Shown here piece after piece: positions 27,940 through 36,893 of a DNA stretch of 51,864 bases. This DNA comes from an uncultured Gammaproteobacteria bacterium (lineage in GTDB: Bacteria > Patescibacteriota > Patescibacteriia > Patescibacteriales > UBA12465), in assembly GCA_964645545.1 (NCBI GenBank), contig CAZXZR010000002.1, positions 1 to 51,864 of the forward strand, in the 5' to 3' direction. The position numbers and the translations under genes were made by a program. The first letter of the stretch is position 1. Each line of letters opens with the position of its first letter. The notes below the pieces were generated by a model that was given only the letters and a program-made list of their open reading frames with translations, had not been told where the DNA came from and did not search any database.

Positions 27940-28200
27940 ATGGCGAAAAAAACAAGCAATGAATTTACCAAGGAAAAATTCAAGGTCTACGGCCACGAAG
28001 TCGTGATGAAAGTGAAACAATTAATTAAGGAAGGTAATATCCGCCGTATTATCATCAAGGATGAAAAGGGTAAGGTGTTGATGGAAATTCCCGTGACCTT
28101 CGCGCTCGTCGGCGCGGTCTTCGCGCCGATTTTAGCCGCTTTGGGCGCTTTGGCGGCTTTGGTAGCCAAATGCACAATTGAGGTGGAGAAAAAAGTTTAG
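27940..28200 (+). CDS. DUF4342-like small protein
   Basis: 86 aa. The pattern FKVYGHEVVMKVKQLIKEGNIRRIIIKDEKGKVLMEIPVTFALVGAVFAPILAALGALAALVAKCTIEVEK matches my recollection of the DUF4342 family. Confidence 0.65.
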   Translation: MAKKTSNEFTKEKFKVYGHEVVMKVKQLIKEGNIRRIIIKDEKGKVLMEIPVTFALVGAVFAPILAALGALAALVAKCTIEVEKKV

Positions 28201-28277
28201 ACAGCCCAAGGCTATCTGATTTAAAAAAGGCTTTTATTTAGGCCTTTTTTAGACGTATTTAATTTTTTATTTCTTTA

Positions 28278-29705
28278 CTATTTTTCCGCCAAACTTTCCA
28301 CGTTCACACCTGAACGCCAATCTATTTCCGGAAAACGGTGTAGGCGCTTGTTTAGATATTGCCTTAATTCTTGATAGTGCCCCTCTGTTTTAGTCTCAAA
28401 TTTTACCGTCAAATAGGGGCCGTTCTGCGAATAGCGGATAACGAGCATGGCGTCGGTCATTTCCAGGCGGACGCCGTCGCCGGCGCGTTCGTCGGCGATG
28501 ACTTCGGCTTGTGGAAAATCTTTTTCCATGATCTTCGCCGCCTTGGCGATCAAAGCCGCTTTAAGATCGTCGGCGCAACCTACCTTTATTTCCGGACTGG
28601 AGATATATTGAGGCAGGGCTTTAACGGCGGTGGCCAAAGACTGGCCGCTATCAGCAAGATAGTCCAAAAGGCGCAAAGTGGAATAGCAGCCGTCGTCATG
28701 GTTATAGAAATCTTGGGAGAAAAAGAAATGGCCGGAGAGTTCGCCGATAAAGGCGGCCTTGACTTCCTGATTTTTCTTTTTTAGAAAAGAATGGCCGGTG
28801 CGCCACATAAAAGGTTTGCCGCCATGCTTTAAAATAGTTTCCGTGACGACGCGCGAGCAAAGAGTATTAAACATTATCGTGGCGCCCGGGTGATGTTTTA
28901 AAACATCGGCCGCGAATAAGGCCACCAAAATGTCGTTCCAAATAATATTGCCCCCCTCGTCAACGACGCCAATACGGTCGCCGTCGGCGTCATAAGAAAA
29001 ACCGATATCGGCTTTGGCCGCGAGCACTTTTTGGCGCAGGCGCTCGGCCACGGCCATTTCGGTCGGATCCGGCGTGCCTAAAGGAAAGCTGGGATTAATT
29101 TGACAATTACTGGCTATGACCTCTTGGCCGCCTTGGCGTAATAAATCAGGCACAACGACCCCGGGTGTGGCGCAGCTGGCGTCCACGACTACTTTGAATT
29201 TTTTCTTGAAGGAAAAACGTTTTAATAGGTCGGTAAAATAAGCGCTTTTAATGTCTTGTCGGCTGACCCAGCCCGGCTTTGGACTAAAGTCATAATTTTC
29301 ATTTTCCACTAATTCGCGTAAAGCCTGCATACCGTCGGCGACCAAAGTTTGCGAGAAGCCGTCGGCGAACTTGAAACCGTTGTATTCGGCCGGATTATGC
29401 GAGGCGGTCACGAAAACGCCGCCCGGGCAATCAAGGTAATATTGGGCCCAATAAAAAGTGCCGACCATATTTAAACCGATGTCAATAACGTCAATGCCCG
29501 TGGCCCTAAGACCCTTGATAAGACTGGCGCTGTAAGCGGCACTGGTGGCGCGGCAGTCGCGGCCAACCACGACCTTGTCAATGTTTTTCTTTTTCAGATA
29601 AGTGCCGAAAGCCCGGCCCAGGTGCTCGGCGATTAAAGGGTTAAGATCTTTATTAACCAGGCCGCGTAAGTCGTAGCCGCGGAAAATATGAGGATTGATA
29701 CGCAT
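28278..29705 (-). CDS. Alpha-D-phosphohexomutase (phosphomannomutase/phosphoglucomutase type)
   Basis: 475 aa. Phosphoserine loop TASHNPAEYNG, metal loop YDADGDR, sugar loop GELSGH. Confidence 0.9.
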   Translation of the reverse strand: MRINPHIFRGYDLRGLVNKDLNPLIAEHLGRAFGTYLKKKNIDKVVVGRDCRATSAAYSASLIKGLRATGIDVIDIGLNMVGTFYWAQYYLDCPGGVFVTASHNPAEYNGFKFADGFSQTLVADGMQALRELVENENYDFSPKPGWVSRQDIKSAYFTDLLKRFSFKKKFKVVVDASCATPGVVVPDLLRQGGQEVIASNCQINPSFPLGTPDPTEMAVAERLRQKVLAAKADIGFSYDADGDRIGVVDEGGNIIWNDILVALFAADVLKHHPGATIMFNTLCSRVVTETILKHGGKPFMWRTGHSFLKKKNQEVKAAFIGELSGHFFFSQDFYNHDDGCYSTLRLLDYLADSGQSLATAVKALPQYISSPEIKVGCADDLKAALIAKAAKIMEKDFPQAEVIADERAGDGVRLEMTDAMLVIRYSQNGPYLTVKFETKTEGHYQELRQYLNKRLHRFPEIDWRSGVNVESLAEK

Positions 29706-29762
29706 AAAAAATTATCGGCCCGTCATTTTACCGGCCGGCCGGTAAAAATTTCCAGAGAAATT

Positions 29763-30902
29763 TTAAAAATTTTTAATTTGCCGATAACCAAAATTAACCA
29801 ATCCGCCCAAACCAAACCAGATGGAGACGACCAAGATGAGCCAGCCGATATAGGGGAGGGCGGAGAGGAGCCACAAAATGATCGCCCCTAAGACCAAAGA
29901 CCAGAAGAGATTGGGATTTTCTCGTTTGAAAATCCCCCTAAGAATTAAGCGGCCGAGGAGAATGGCAGCGATAACGCGGGCGACATAGGTCGCGACCAGC
30001 CACCAAGCCATGATGATAAGAGCCAAGGGCAGGCCGATAATGGTCAAAATCAATAAGAAAGCGATCGGCGGCAGGACGAACATAACTAATAAGCCCAAGA
30101 GCAGAGAGCGGCCGGGACCGGTCGCGATGATGTCTAAAATTTTTGGGGTGATTTTTTTTAGGAGGAAGACTAAAATAAGGCCGACCACCAGCGTCGAGAA
30201 AATCGCCACTAATTTTTTCCAGAGCCAGGCCAAAAACCAACCGCCCGCCGGCGCTGCCGGCAGCTTTTGCTGGACTTGGCCGCCAATGGCGGAGCGATCG
30301 GCAATTTGCGCTTCTTTTTGGGCAGTATAGATGAGATCGCCGCCGATTTTCGCGCCGCTGGCGACGGTGAGATCTTGGCTCAGTTTTTTGCCGCCCATTT
30401 TTAAATCAACGTTTTTGTCAACGGTTCCGGTGATGATCACTCGTCCCGAAGCGCCGACCAAACTGCCGTCAATTTCGCCGCGAATCTCGGCCGCTCCGGC
30501 CGCCAAAGACAAATCCCAACCGACTTTGGCCCTGTCTCCTAAAACGACGCTGGCGCCGAGAGCGTCCACGTTGCGCGCCACGGGTCCGTTCAGATTAAGG
30601 GAATTACCTAAGACGCGGATGTTGCCGCCAACTTCGCCGTTAACCGTCAGGTTTTGGGCGGCGGCCAAAATATCGCCGTCCACGCGGCCGTTGACGTTTA
30701 TGGTCTGGCCGACGGCGATCAAGTCGCCGCTGATGTCGCCGTCTATAGTAACGGTTTGTCCGAGGGCGTAGAGATTGCCACTGACTACTTGGCCTTTTTC
30801 CACGTAAACGTTGTTATCGGTTTTAAGCGCGGCGGCCGAAGCGCCAAGTGGCAGGATAAAGACGGTTAATAATAGCACAATTTTAAAAATTTTTCTTTTC
30901 AT
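29763..30902 (-). CDS. Secreted beta-helix-like repeat domain (bactofilin-like G-D/N repeats) fused to a polytopic membrane domain
   Basis: 379 aa. Signal-like N-terminus, then ~190 aa of repeats such as VTIDGDISGDLIAVGQTINVNGRVDGDILAAAQNLTVNGEVGGNIRV, then about 5 TM segments. Confidence 0.6.
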   Translation of the reverse strand: MKRKIFKIVLLLTVFILPLGASAAALKTDNNVYVEKGQVVSGNLYALGQTVTIDGDISGDLIAVGQTINVNGRVDGDILAAAQNLTVNGEVGGNIRVLGNSLNLNGPVARNVDALGASVVLGDRAKVGWDLSLAAGAAEIRGEIDGSLVGASGRVIITGTVDKNVDLKMGGKKLSQDLTVASGAKIGGDLIYTAQKEAQIADRSAIGGQVQQKLPAAPAGGWFLAWLWKKLVAIFSTLVVGLILVFLLKKITPKILDIIATGPGRSLLLGLLVMFVLPPIAFLLILTIIGLPLALIIMAWWLVATYVARVIAAILLGRLILRGIFKRENPNLFWSLVLGAIILWLLSALPYIGWLILVVSIWFGLGGLVNFGYRQIKNF

Positions 30903-30972
30903 AATGATATTGTTAAATTATAAAAATTAGGCTATGGTGAGAAAGGCACTACTATTATTATAATCCAAAAAA

Positions 30973-32634
30973 ATGCAGGAAGCAATAAAAGAATTGTTGG
31001 AAAATTACGATAGAAACATAAAAAGTCGAAACGATTTGGAGGCGGTGAAACGAAAACTTTGTCGGCGTTATCGTTTGACGGCGATTTTAAACGTTGATAT
31101 TTTGGAAGAATACCGGCGTCTTTTGGCGGCGAAAAAAATCGTCGCTCGACCGAGTTTGGAAAAGATTTTGCGCAAGCGGACCGTGCGCACTTTGTCCGGC
31201 ATCGCGCCGGTGGCAGTCTTAACCAAACCCTATCCCTGCCCGGGAACCTGCGTCTATTGTCCGCACGAAGCGGACGTGCCTACGAGTTATTTGTCTAACG
31301 AACCGGCGGTGATGCGGGCCATTCGCTGCGGCTACGACCCCTATAAACAAGTCGTCTCCCGTCTCAAGGCCCTGGAGGAGAACGGTCACGAACCGACTAA
31401 AATTGAAATCATCGTTATTGGCGGCACCTGGAGCTATCTACCTAAGAAATATAAGTATTGGTATATCTTGAATTGTTTCAAGGCCGCCAATGATTATCAG
31501 AAGTTAAGACAAACGAAACTAAAAACGGGGCAAAAGAAAAGTAATTTTCCGGTAAAGTTAAGTTTTCCGGCCTTGAGTTCGTCTTACGCAAAGCCTTGGC
31601 TGTTAAAAAGTTTACGTGTTGCCCTGGCCGCCGAACAAAAGCGTAACGAAGCCGCCGTTTATAAAATTATTGGCCTGACTTTGGAAACGCGGCCAGATTA
31701 TATTAATGAAGATGAATTAAAAGAGATGCGGAGATTGGGTTGTACGCGCGTGGAAATCGGCGTTCAGATAATCGACGATCGGATTTTGAAGCTAAACCGG
31801 CGCGGCCATGGCGTTAAGGAGATCGCCGCCGCCACCCGCCTTTTGAAACAATACGGCTTTAAGGTCACGTATCACGTGATGCCCACCCTGCCCGGCGCGA
31901 CGCCGGCGAAAGATCTGTTTCTGTTTAAAAAATTATTTTCCGATGCCAGATTTCAGCCCGACCAAATAAAATTTTATCCGACCGTTGTCACCAAGGGCAG
32001 TCTTCTGTATAAATGGTATAAGCAAGGCAAATACAAACCTTACAGCGATAAGGTTTTACAAAATTTAATCGCCAAATGCAAAGCCGCCGTCCCGTCCTAT
32101 GTCAGAATCATTCGCCTCATTCGCGACATTCCGGCCGAATCTATCGTCGCCGGCAACAAAATCACCAATCTGCGCCAGGTGATGAAAGCGCGCGGCGTGG
32201 AATGCGTCTGCGTCCGTTGCCGCGAAGTCAAGGACGGCCGGATCAAGGCCGGCTGGCGCCTGAACGTCCGGGAATATCCGGCTTCCGGCGGCCGCGAATA
32301 TTTCTTAAGCGCCGACAGCCGCGATGGCCGGACCTTGTACGGCTTTTGCCGCCTGCGCCTGGACGAGGCCGGGCCGGTGGCACCGGCCCTGGTGCGCGAA
32401 CTGCACGTTTACGGCGAACTGGTACCGGTCGGCGGCGGGGCGAAAGTCCAACACAGCGGTCTGGGCAAGAAATTGCTCAAAGCGGCGGAAACCTTGGCCG
32501 AAGCGGCCGGCGCCGGCAAAATCGCCGTCATCTCCGGCGTGGGCGTCAGGAGCTATTATAAGAAGTTAGGGTATAATTTGAATAATACTTATATGGTAAA
32601 GAATATAGCCAAGAAAATTGACAAGAATTTATAG
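30973..32634 (+). CDS. elp3: Elp3-like radical-SAM / GNAT acetyltransferase fusion protein
   Basis: 553 aa. Radical SAM cluster motif CPGTCVYC. C-terminal GNAT with RELHVYG and QHSGLGKKLL. Confidence 0.85.
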   Translation: MQEAIKELLENYDRNIKSRNDLEAVKRKLCRRYRLTAILNVDILEEYRRLLAAKKIVARPSLEKILRKRTVRTLSGIAPVAVLTKPYPCPGTCVYCPHEADVPTSYLSNEPAVMRAIRCGYDPYKQVVSRLKALEENGHEPTKIEIIVIGGTWSYLPKKYKYWYILNCFKAANDYQKLRQTKLKTGQKKSNFPVKLSFPALSSSYAKPWLLKSLRVALAAEQKRNEAAVYKIIGLTLETRPDYINEDELKEMRRLGCTRVEIGVQIIDDRILKLNRRGHGVKEIAAATRLLKQYGFKVTYHVMPTLPGATPAKDLFLFKKLFSDARFQPDQIKFYPTVVTKGSLLYKWYKQGKYKPYSDKVLQNLIAKCKAAVPSYVRIIRLIRDIPAESIVAGNKITNLRQVMKARGVECVCVRCREVKDGRIKAGWRLNVREYPASGGREYFLSADSRDGRTLYGFCRLRLDEAGPVAPALVRELHVYGELVPVGGGAKVQHSGLGKKLLKAAETLAEAAGAGKIAVISGVGVRSYYKKLGYNLNNTYMVKNIAKKIDKNL

Positions 32635-32646
32635 CAATGCTTTAAT
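32618..32646 (+). promoter_or_regulatory. Candidate promoter inside the elp3 3' end, driving the structured RNA upstream of glyA
   Basis: TTGACA (32618-32623), 17-nt spacer ending in TGc, then TTTAAT (32641-32646), which resembles an extended -10. Confidence 0.35.
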
Positions 32647-32895
32647 GGATAAGCAAACAGACATTTTAACAGTTAAAAAAGTTAAAAACGTTCATTAAAA
32701 AAATCGCCGGAAAAATTACAGACCATGGGGGCGAAGACTCCGCCGCCGGTCAGATGTTCAGCTTGCTAAGCAAGCCGAATAAATTCGCTTTGACCCAGGC
32801 CTAGATTAAGGCCTTTTGCAGAGAACATCCCGATAAGTTGAATCCCGACGGATTTACGTTTTTTCTCTTCAAAAATTTAAACAGCCGGCCATTAT

Positions 32896-32941
32896 CCCCG
32901 GAGGCCTTGAATCTTTCAGATTCTCGGTTTCCGGGGTTTTT
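32896..32941 (+). terminator. Strong intrinsic terminator 65 nt upstream of glyA
   Basis: Outer stem CCCCGGA (32896-32902)/TCCGGGG (32930-32936), inner stem GAATC/GATTC, followed by TTTTT. Confidence 0.6.
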
Positions 32942-32978
32942 ATTCGCCTTTCCCCCAAAAAAGTTTCTCTAGCCGGTT

Positions 32979-33007
32979 TTGACAAAAGCCCGTCGCTAAA
33001 CTAAGAT
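32979..33007 (+). promoter_or_regulatory. Candidate promoter abutting the glyA start
   Basis: TTGACA (32979-32984), 17-nt spacer, TAAGAT (33002-33007). The -10 overlaps the first ATG (33006), so transcripts from here would start near the second ATG (33015). Confidence 0.35.
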
Positions 33008-34259
33008 GAAAGATATGAAATACGACCATTTAAGCCAACAAGACCTGGCCGTTTGGGAGATAATCGCCCGCGAGGAAAAGCGGCAAAATGAAGAGCTGGA
33101 GCTTATCGCTTCGGAAAATTACGTGTCGCCGGCGGTTTTAGAGGCCATGGCCACGGTTTTGACCAACAAATACAGCGAAGGCTACAGCGGCAAACGTTAT
33201 TACGGCGGCAATTATAACATTGACGACATGGAAACCTTGGCGATAGAGCGGGCCAAGAAACTTTTTGACGCTCCTCACGTCAACGTCCAGCCTTTGTCCG
33301 GCTCGCCGGCCAACGCCGCCGTCTATATGGCTTTTTTAAATCCGGGCGACAAGGTTTTGGGCCTGAAACTCGATCACGGCGGCCATTTGTCGCATGGGCA
33401 TAGCGTCAATTTTTCCGGCCGTCTGTATAATTTCGTCCAGTACGGCCTGGATCCGAAAACGGGGCGCATTGATATGGATAATGTTCGCCAAGTCGCTTTA
33501 CGCGAGAAGCCGAAGATGATCGTCGCCGGTTTTTCCGCCTATTCGCGCGAAGTTGACTGGCAAAGTTTTAAAAACATCGCCGATGAGGTCGGCGCCTATA
33601 GCTTCGCCGACATTGCCCATGTTGCCGGTCTCATCGCCGCCAAACAATTGGCCAATCCCGTGCCCTTTTTCGACGTCGTCTCCACGACTACGCACAAGAC
33701 CTTGCGCGGTCCCCGCGGAGCGATAATCATGTGCCAGGAAAAATTTGCTAAACAGGTTAACAGCGCCGTTTTCCCGGGCATGCAGGGCGGACCGCATGAT
33801 CATATTACGGCTGCCAAGGCGGTGGCCTTCGGCGAGGCCTTAAAGCCGGAATTTGTTGACTACGCCAAACAGATAATTAAAAACGCCCAAGCTTTGGCTA
33901 TGGGGCTGATGAAACGCGGCTACAAGATAATTTCCGACGGCACGGACAACCACATGATGGTTGTGGATTTGACGCCGCCGGGTTTGGTCGGTAAAGAAGC
34001 GGAGAAAATTCTGGAGAAAATCGGTGTTTCCGTTTCCCGTTCCACCATTCCCGACGATCCCAATCCGCCCTATAACCCTTCCGGTATCAGAATTGGCACG
34101 CCGGCCGCCACCACCAGGGGCATGAAGGAGCCGGAAATGGAAAGTATCGCGGCGGCGCTTGATGCGGCTTTTAAAAATAAAGACGACGAGGCTAAGCTGG
34201 CGACGCTGAAGGCAGAAATAAAAAATTTGTGCCTTAAGTTCTCCGTACCCACGGCTTAA
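33006..34259 (+). CDS. glyA: Serine hydroxymethyltransferase
   Basis: 417 aa. PLP-lysine region TTTHKTLRGPRG, plus SGSPANAAVY. Confidence 0.95.
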   Translation: MKDMKYDHLSQQDLAVWEIIAREEKRQNEELELIASENYVSPAVLEAMATVLTNKYSEGYSGKRYYGGNYNIDDMETLAIERAKKLFDAPHVNVQPLSGSPANAAVYMAFLNPGDKVLGLKLDHGGHLSHGHSVNFSGRLYNFVQYGLDPKTGRIDMDNVRQVALREKPKMIVAGFSAYSREVDWQSFKNIADEVGAYSFADIAHVAGLIAAKQLANPVPFFDVVSTTTHKTLRGPRGAIIMCQEKFAKQVNSAVFPGMQGGPHDHITAAKAVAFGEALKPEFVDYAKQIIKNAQALAMGLMKRGYKIISDGTDNHMMVVDLTPPGLVGKEAEKILEKIGVSVSRSTIPDDPNPPYNPSGIRIGTPAATTRGMKEPEMESIAAALDAAFKNKDDEAKLATLKAEIKNLCLKFSVPTA

Positions 34260-34267
34260 AATAAATT

Positions 34268-35056
34268 ATGGTGCAAAAAATTGACGGTCGGGCGATCGCC
34301 GAGCGCGTTAAAGACGAGATCGCCCGAAAAATTTATGCGTTAAACGGGCCAAGGCCGAACTTGGCCATTGTTTTAGTCGGCGAGCGGTCAGACTCCCAAC
34401 TCTATGTCTCGCTTAAAGAAAAAGAAGGCAAGAAAGTGGGTGTGGACACGCATTTGTATAAATTTTCGGCTGACGTTAGCGAAGCCGAGCTCTTGGCGAC
34501 GATTGATTTTTTAAATCGTGATGAATCAATAGACGGCATTCTCATTCAATTGCCTTTGCCGGAAAAATTTAATGCCGATAAAATCGTTGATTGTCTTAAT
34601 CCCCTTAAAGACGTGGACGGCTTTCACCCCGGCCATCCCGATTACATCCTTTCGCCCGTCTTCGCTTCCGTTTTAGCCTGTTTGGAGGAAATAAAATTTG
34701 ACCCGGCCGGCAAAACCGCCTGCGTTTTGTACAATGCTAAAGTTTTCGGGAAGAGTTTGGCGAAGATTTTAAGAGAGCGGGGCCTGAAAGTGGGTTTAAA
34801 ACGAAATATAGCCGCGGCCGATTTAGTTATAAGTGCCCTGGGCCGGCCGCATAGTTTAAAAAAAGACATGATAAAAGATGGCGCCATTTTAATAGACATC
34901 GGCATTACCAAAGTTGACGGTAAAGTTTTGGGCGACGTTGATTATGAGGATGTCAAAGATAAGGCCGCTTTTATTACGCCTGTGCCCGGCGGCATCGGCC
35001 CAATGACTATCGCTTTTTTATTCAAGAATGTCTTGGAGATTTATAAGCGTCGTTAA
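34268..35056 (+). CDS. folD: Bifunctional methylenetetrahydrofolate dehydrogenase/cyclohydrolase
   Basis: 262 aa, with VGERSDSQLYV, DGILIQLPLP and VPGGIGPMTIA. Lies 8 nt after glyA. Confidence 0.93.
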   Translation: MVQKIDGRAIAERVKDEIARKIYALNGPRPNLAIVLVGERSDSQLYVSLKEKEGKKVGVDTHLYKFSADVSEAELLATIDFLNRDESIDGILIQLPLPEKFNADKIVDCLNPLKDVDGFHPGHPDYILSPVFASVLACLEEIKFDPAGKTACVLYNAKVFGKSLAKILRERGLKVGLKRNIAAADLVISALGRPHSLKKDMIKDGAILIDIGITKVDGKVLGDVDYEDVKDKAAFITPVPGGIGPMTIAFLFKNVLEIYKRR

Positions 35057-35059
35057 AAC

Positions 35060-36847
35060 ATGCTGGAGAAAAAGAAGCAGCAACTAAAAGAACTCCTAAG
35101 GATTCATTTCCATCATGAATTTTTTTTGCCTGGCCAGGAAGCGGCTCTGGACAATATCTTAAAGGAGAAAGACACGCTCGTTATTCTGCCGACCGGCGGG
35201 GGCAAGTCCTTGATTTTTCAGTTGCCGGCCTTGATTTTGCCGGGTGTGACAATTGTCATTTCGCCTTTAATCGCTTTAATGAAGGATCAAGTTGATTCTT
35301 TGCGCCGCCTAGGTATTGCGGCGACTTTTATTAATTCCTCTATTTCGCCGGTTGAAACGGACAAACGCTTAGAAAAGATAAAGAGCGGGTATTATAAAAT
35401 CGTCTATATCGCGCCCGAACGTTTCTATAACCAACACTTCCTCCGCGAATTAAAAAACATCAAGGTTTCTTTGTTCGCCGTGGATGAAGCCCATTGCATC
35501 AGCCAGTGGGGCCATGATTTTCGGCCCAGCTATCTAAGTCTTAAGGAGGCGATTAGTTTGGTCGGTTCGCCGACGGTCATCGCCCTGACGGCCACGGCGA
35601 CCCCGGAAGTGCGGCAAGACATTTTAGAACAGCTGGACTTGAAAAACGCGGCCACGATTATTACTGGTTTCGCCCGGCCGAATTTGCAATTGGCCGTGGT
35701 ACCAGCCGCCAACAGCCAAAAAACGGAAAATATCCTTAATCTTTTGATCACCAATCCGGATTTGGGCGCCGGCATCATTTATGTCGGTACGCGCGCCAAA
35801 GCCGACGAGATTGCGGAGTTATTGGTGGATAACGACATTAAAGCCGTAGTTTATCATGCCGGTCTGGACGCCAATAGCCGCAACTGGGTGCAGGAGCAAT
35901 TTATGACTGGCGCCGCCCGAGTGGTGGTGGCAACCAATGCCTTCGGCTTGGGCATTAACAAAAAGGACATTCGTTTCGTCATTCATTACGACTTGCCGGC
36001 GACCGTGGAAGCCTATTACCAGGAAGTGGGCCGAGCCGGCCGCGACGGCCAGCCGAGTTTTTGTCTCCTTTTCTATCACCAGCAGGACCGCTATTTAAGG
36101 GAGTTTTTTATTCAGGGCGATAATCCCGAACCGGAAATAATCAGAGAAGTCTATGACTTCCTGCGCCGCCGACAAATGGAGGAATATAATCCTGGAGCTT
36201 CTGTTTTGATCACTTACGCCGAAATCGCGAAAAGTTTATCCGAGGCAGTGCCGGAAATAGCCGTGGGCACGGCTTTGAAAATTCTTGAGAAAGAAGCCTA
36301 TATTAGCCGGCCGCACGAGAGAAACGTTAATTCCTATCTCAAGGCGAAAAAGCCTTGGCCGGAAGTCGTGGCGGCTATAAGTCCGCGGGCCAAAAGCCGA
36401 CAGCAGATGGTGATTAAATTGGGTGAAAAATATTACCGTGATTTGGAAAGCGGCTGGGAATTTAGCCCAGAAGAAGCAGCTTTGGTTTTACAGGTGAAAA
36501 AGGATAGTTTGTTAAGGGCGGTGAAGAAATTAGCCGAAGAAGGTTTGGTTGATTATCGTCCGCCTTTTCGCGGCACCGAAGTCAGGCTGTTGAAAAACGT
36601 GCCGGCCGAAGATTTAGTCTTGGATTTTAAGGCCCTAAAAGAGAAGGCGCGCCGAGCCTATGAGAAATTGGACAAGATGGAAAATTACGTCTATGATTTT
36701 GGCTGCCGCCAGGAATATATTTTAAAATATTTCGGCGACGAGGGGGTCAAGACTTGCGGCCATTGCGACAATTGCCTGCGTTTAAAGCGCGCTCGCGGAG
36801 AGGGCAAAGAAGATTATCGCCATAAGGAATACTTTCCTTCTTATTAA
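35060..36847 (+). CDS. recQ: RecQ-family ATP-dependent DNA helicase
   Basis: 595 aa. Motifs [27 protein letters not shown] and [10 protein letters not shown]. The zinc motif [25 protein letters not shown] lies near the C-terminus. Confidence 0.9.
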   Translation: MLEKKKQQLKELLRIHFHHEFFLPGQEAALDNILKEKDTLVILPTGGGKSLIFQLPALILPGVTIVISPLIALMKDQVDSLRRLGIAATFINSSISPVETDKRLEKIKSGYYKIVYIAPERFYNQHFLRELKNIKVSLFAVDEAHCISQWGHDFRPSYLSLKEAISLVGSPTVIALTATATPEVRQDILEQLDLKNAATIITGFARPNLQLAVVPAANSQKTENILNLLITNPDLGAGIIYVGTRAKADEIAELLVDNDIKAVVYHAGLDANSRNWVQEQFMTGAARVVVATNAFGLGINKKDIRFVIHYDLPATVEAYYQEVGRAGRDGQPSFCLLFYHQQDRYLREFFIQGDNPEPEIIREVYDFLRRRQMEEYNPGASVLITYAEIAKSLSEAVPEIAVGTALKILEKEAYISRPHERNVNSYLKAKKPWPEVVAAISPRAKSRQQMVIKLGEKYYRDLESGWEFSPEEAALVLQVKKDSLLRAVKKLAEEGLVDYRPPFRGTEVRLLKNVPAEDLVLDFKALKEKARRAYEKLDKMENYVYDFGCRQEYILKYFGDEGVKTCGHCDNCLRLKRARGEGKEDYRHKEYFPSY

Positions 36848-36893
36848 ATGCTTAAAATAAAAAAAGAGCGGGTTAAATTGAAATTAATTTTAT

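Noticed and set aside
32076-32561. 161-aa Arg/Pro/Gly-rich alternative-frame ORF inside elp3 (and 32324..32569)
   Set aside because: It lies on the same strand in an off-frame of a locally GC-rich part of elp3, and its composition is typical of an out-of-frame translation. The elp3 frame carries the GNAT motifs.
32700-32945. Assignment of the glyA-upstream RNA to ZTP (pfl), THF, glycine or T-box riboswitches, tmRNA or SRP RNA
   Set aside because: I looked for the ZTP CCGCCUGGGC-type 3' element and found only ACCCAGGC, which is the wrong strand and context. I also found none of the following: the glycine CACCGAAGGGGCAA-type core, the T-box GGUGG-containing box, a tRNA-like T-arm/CCA end for tmRNA, or the SRP GGAA-tetraloop domain IV consensus. 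The element is therefore reported only as an unassigned structured RNA.
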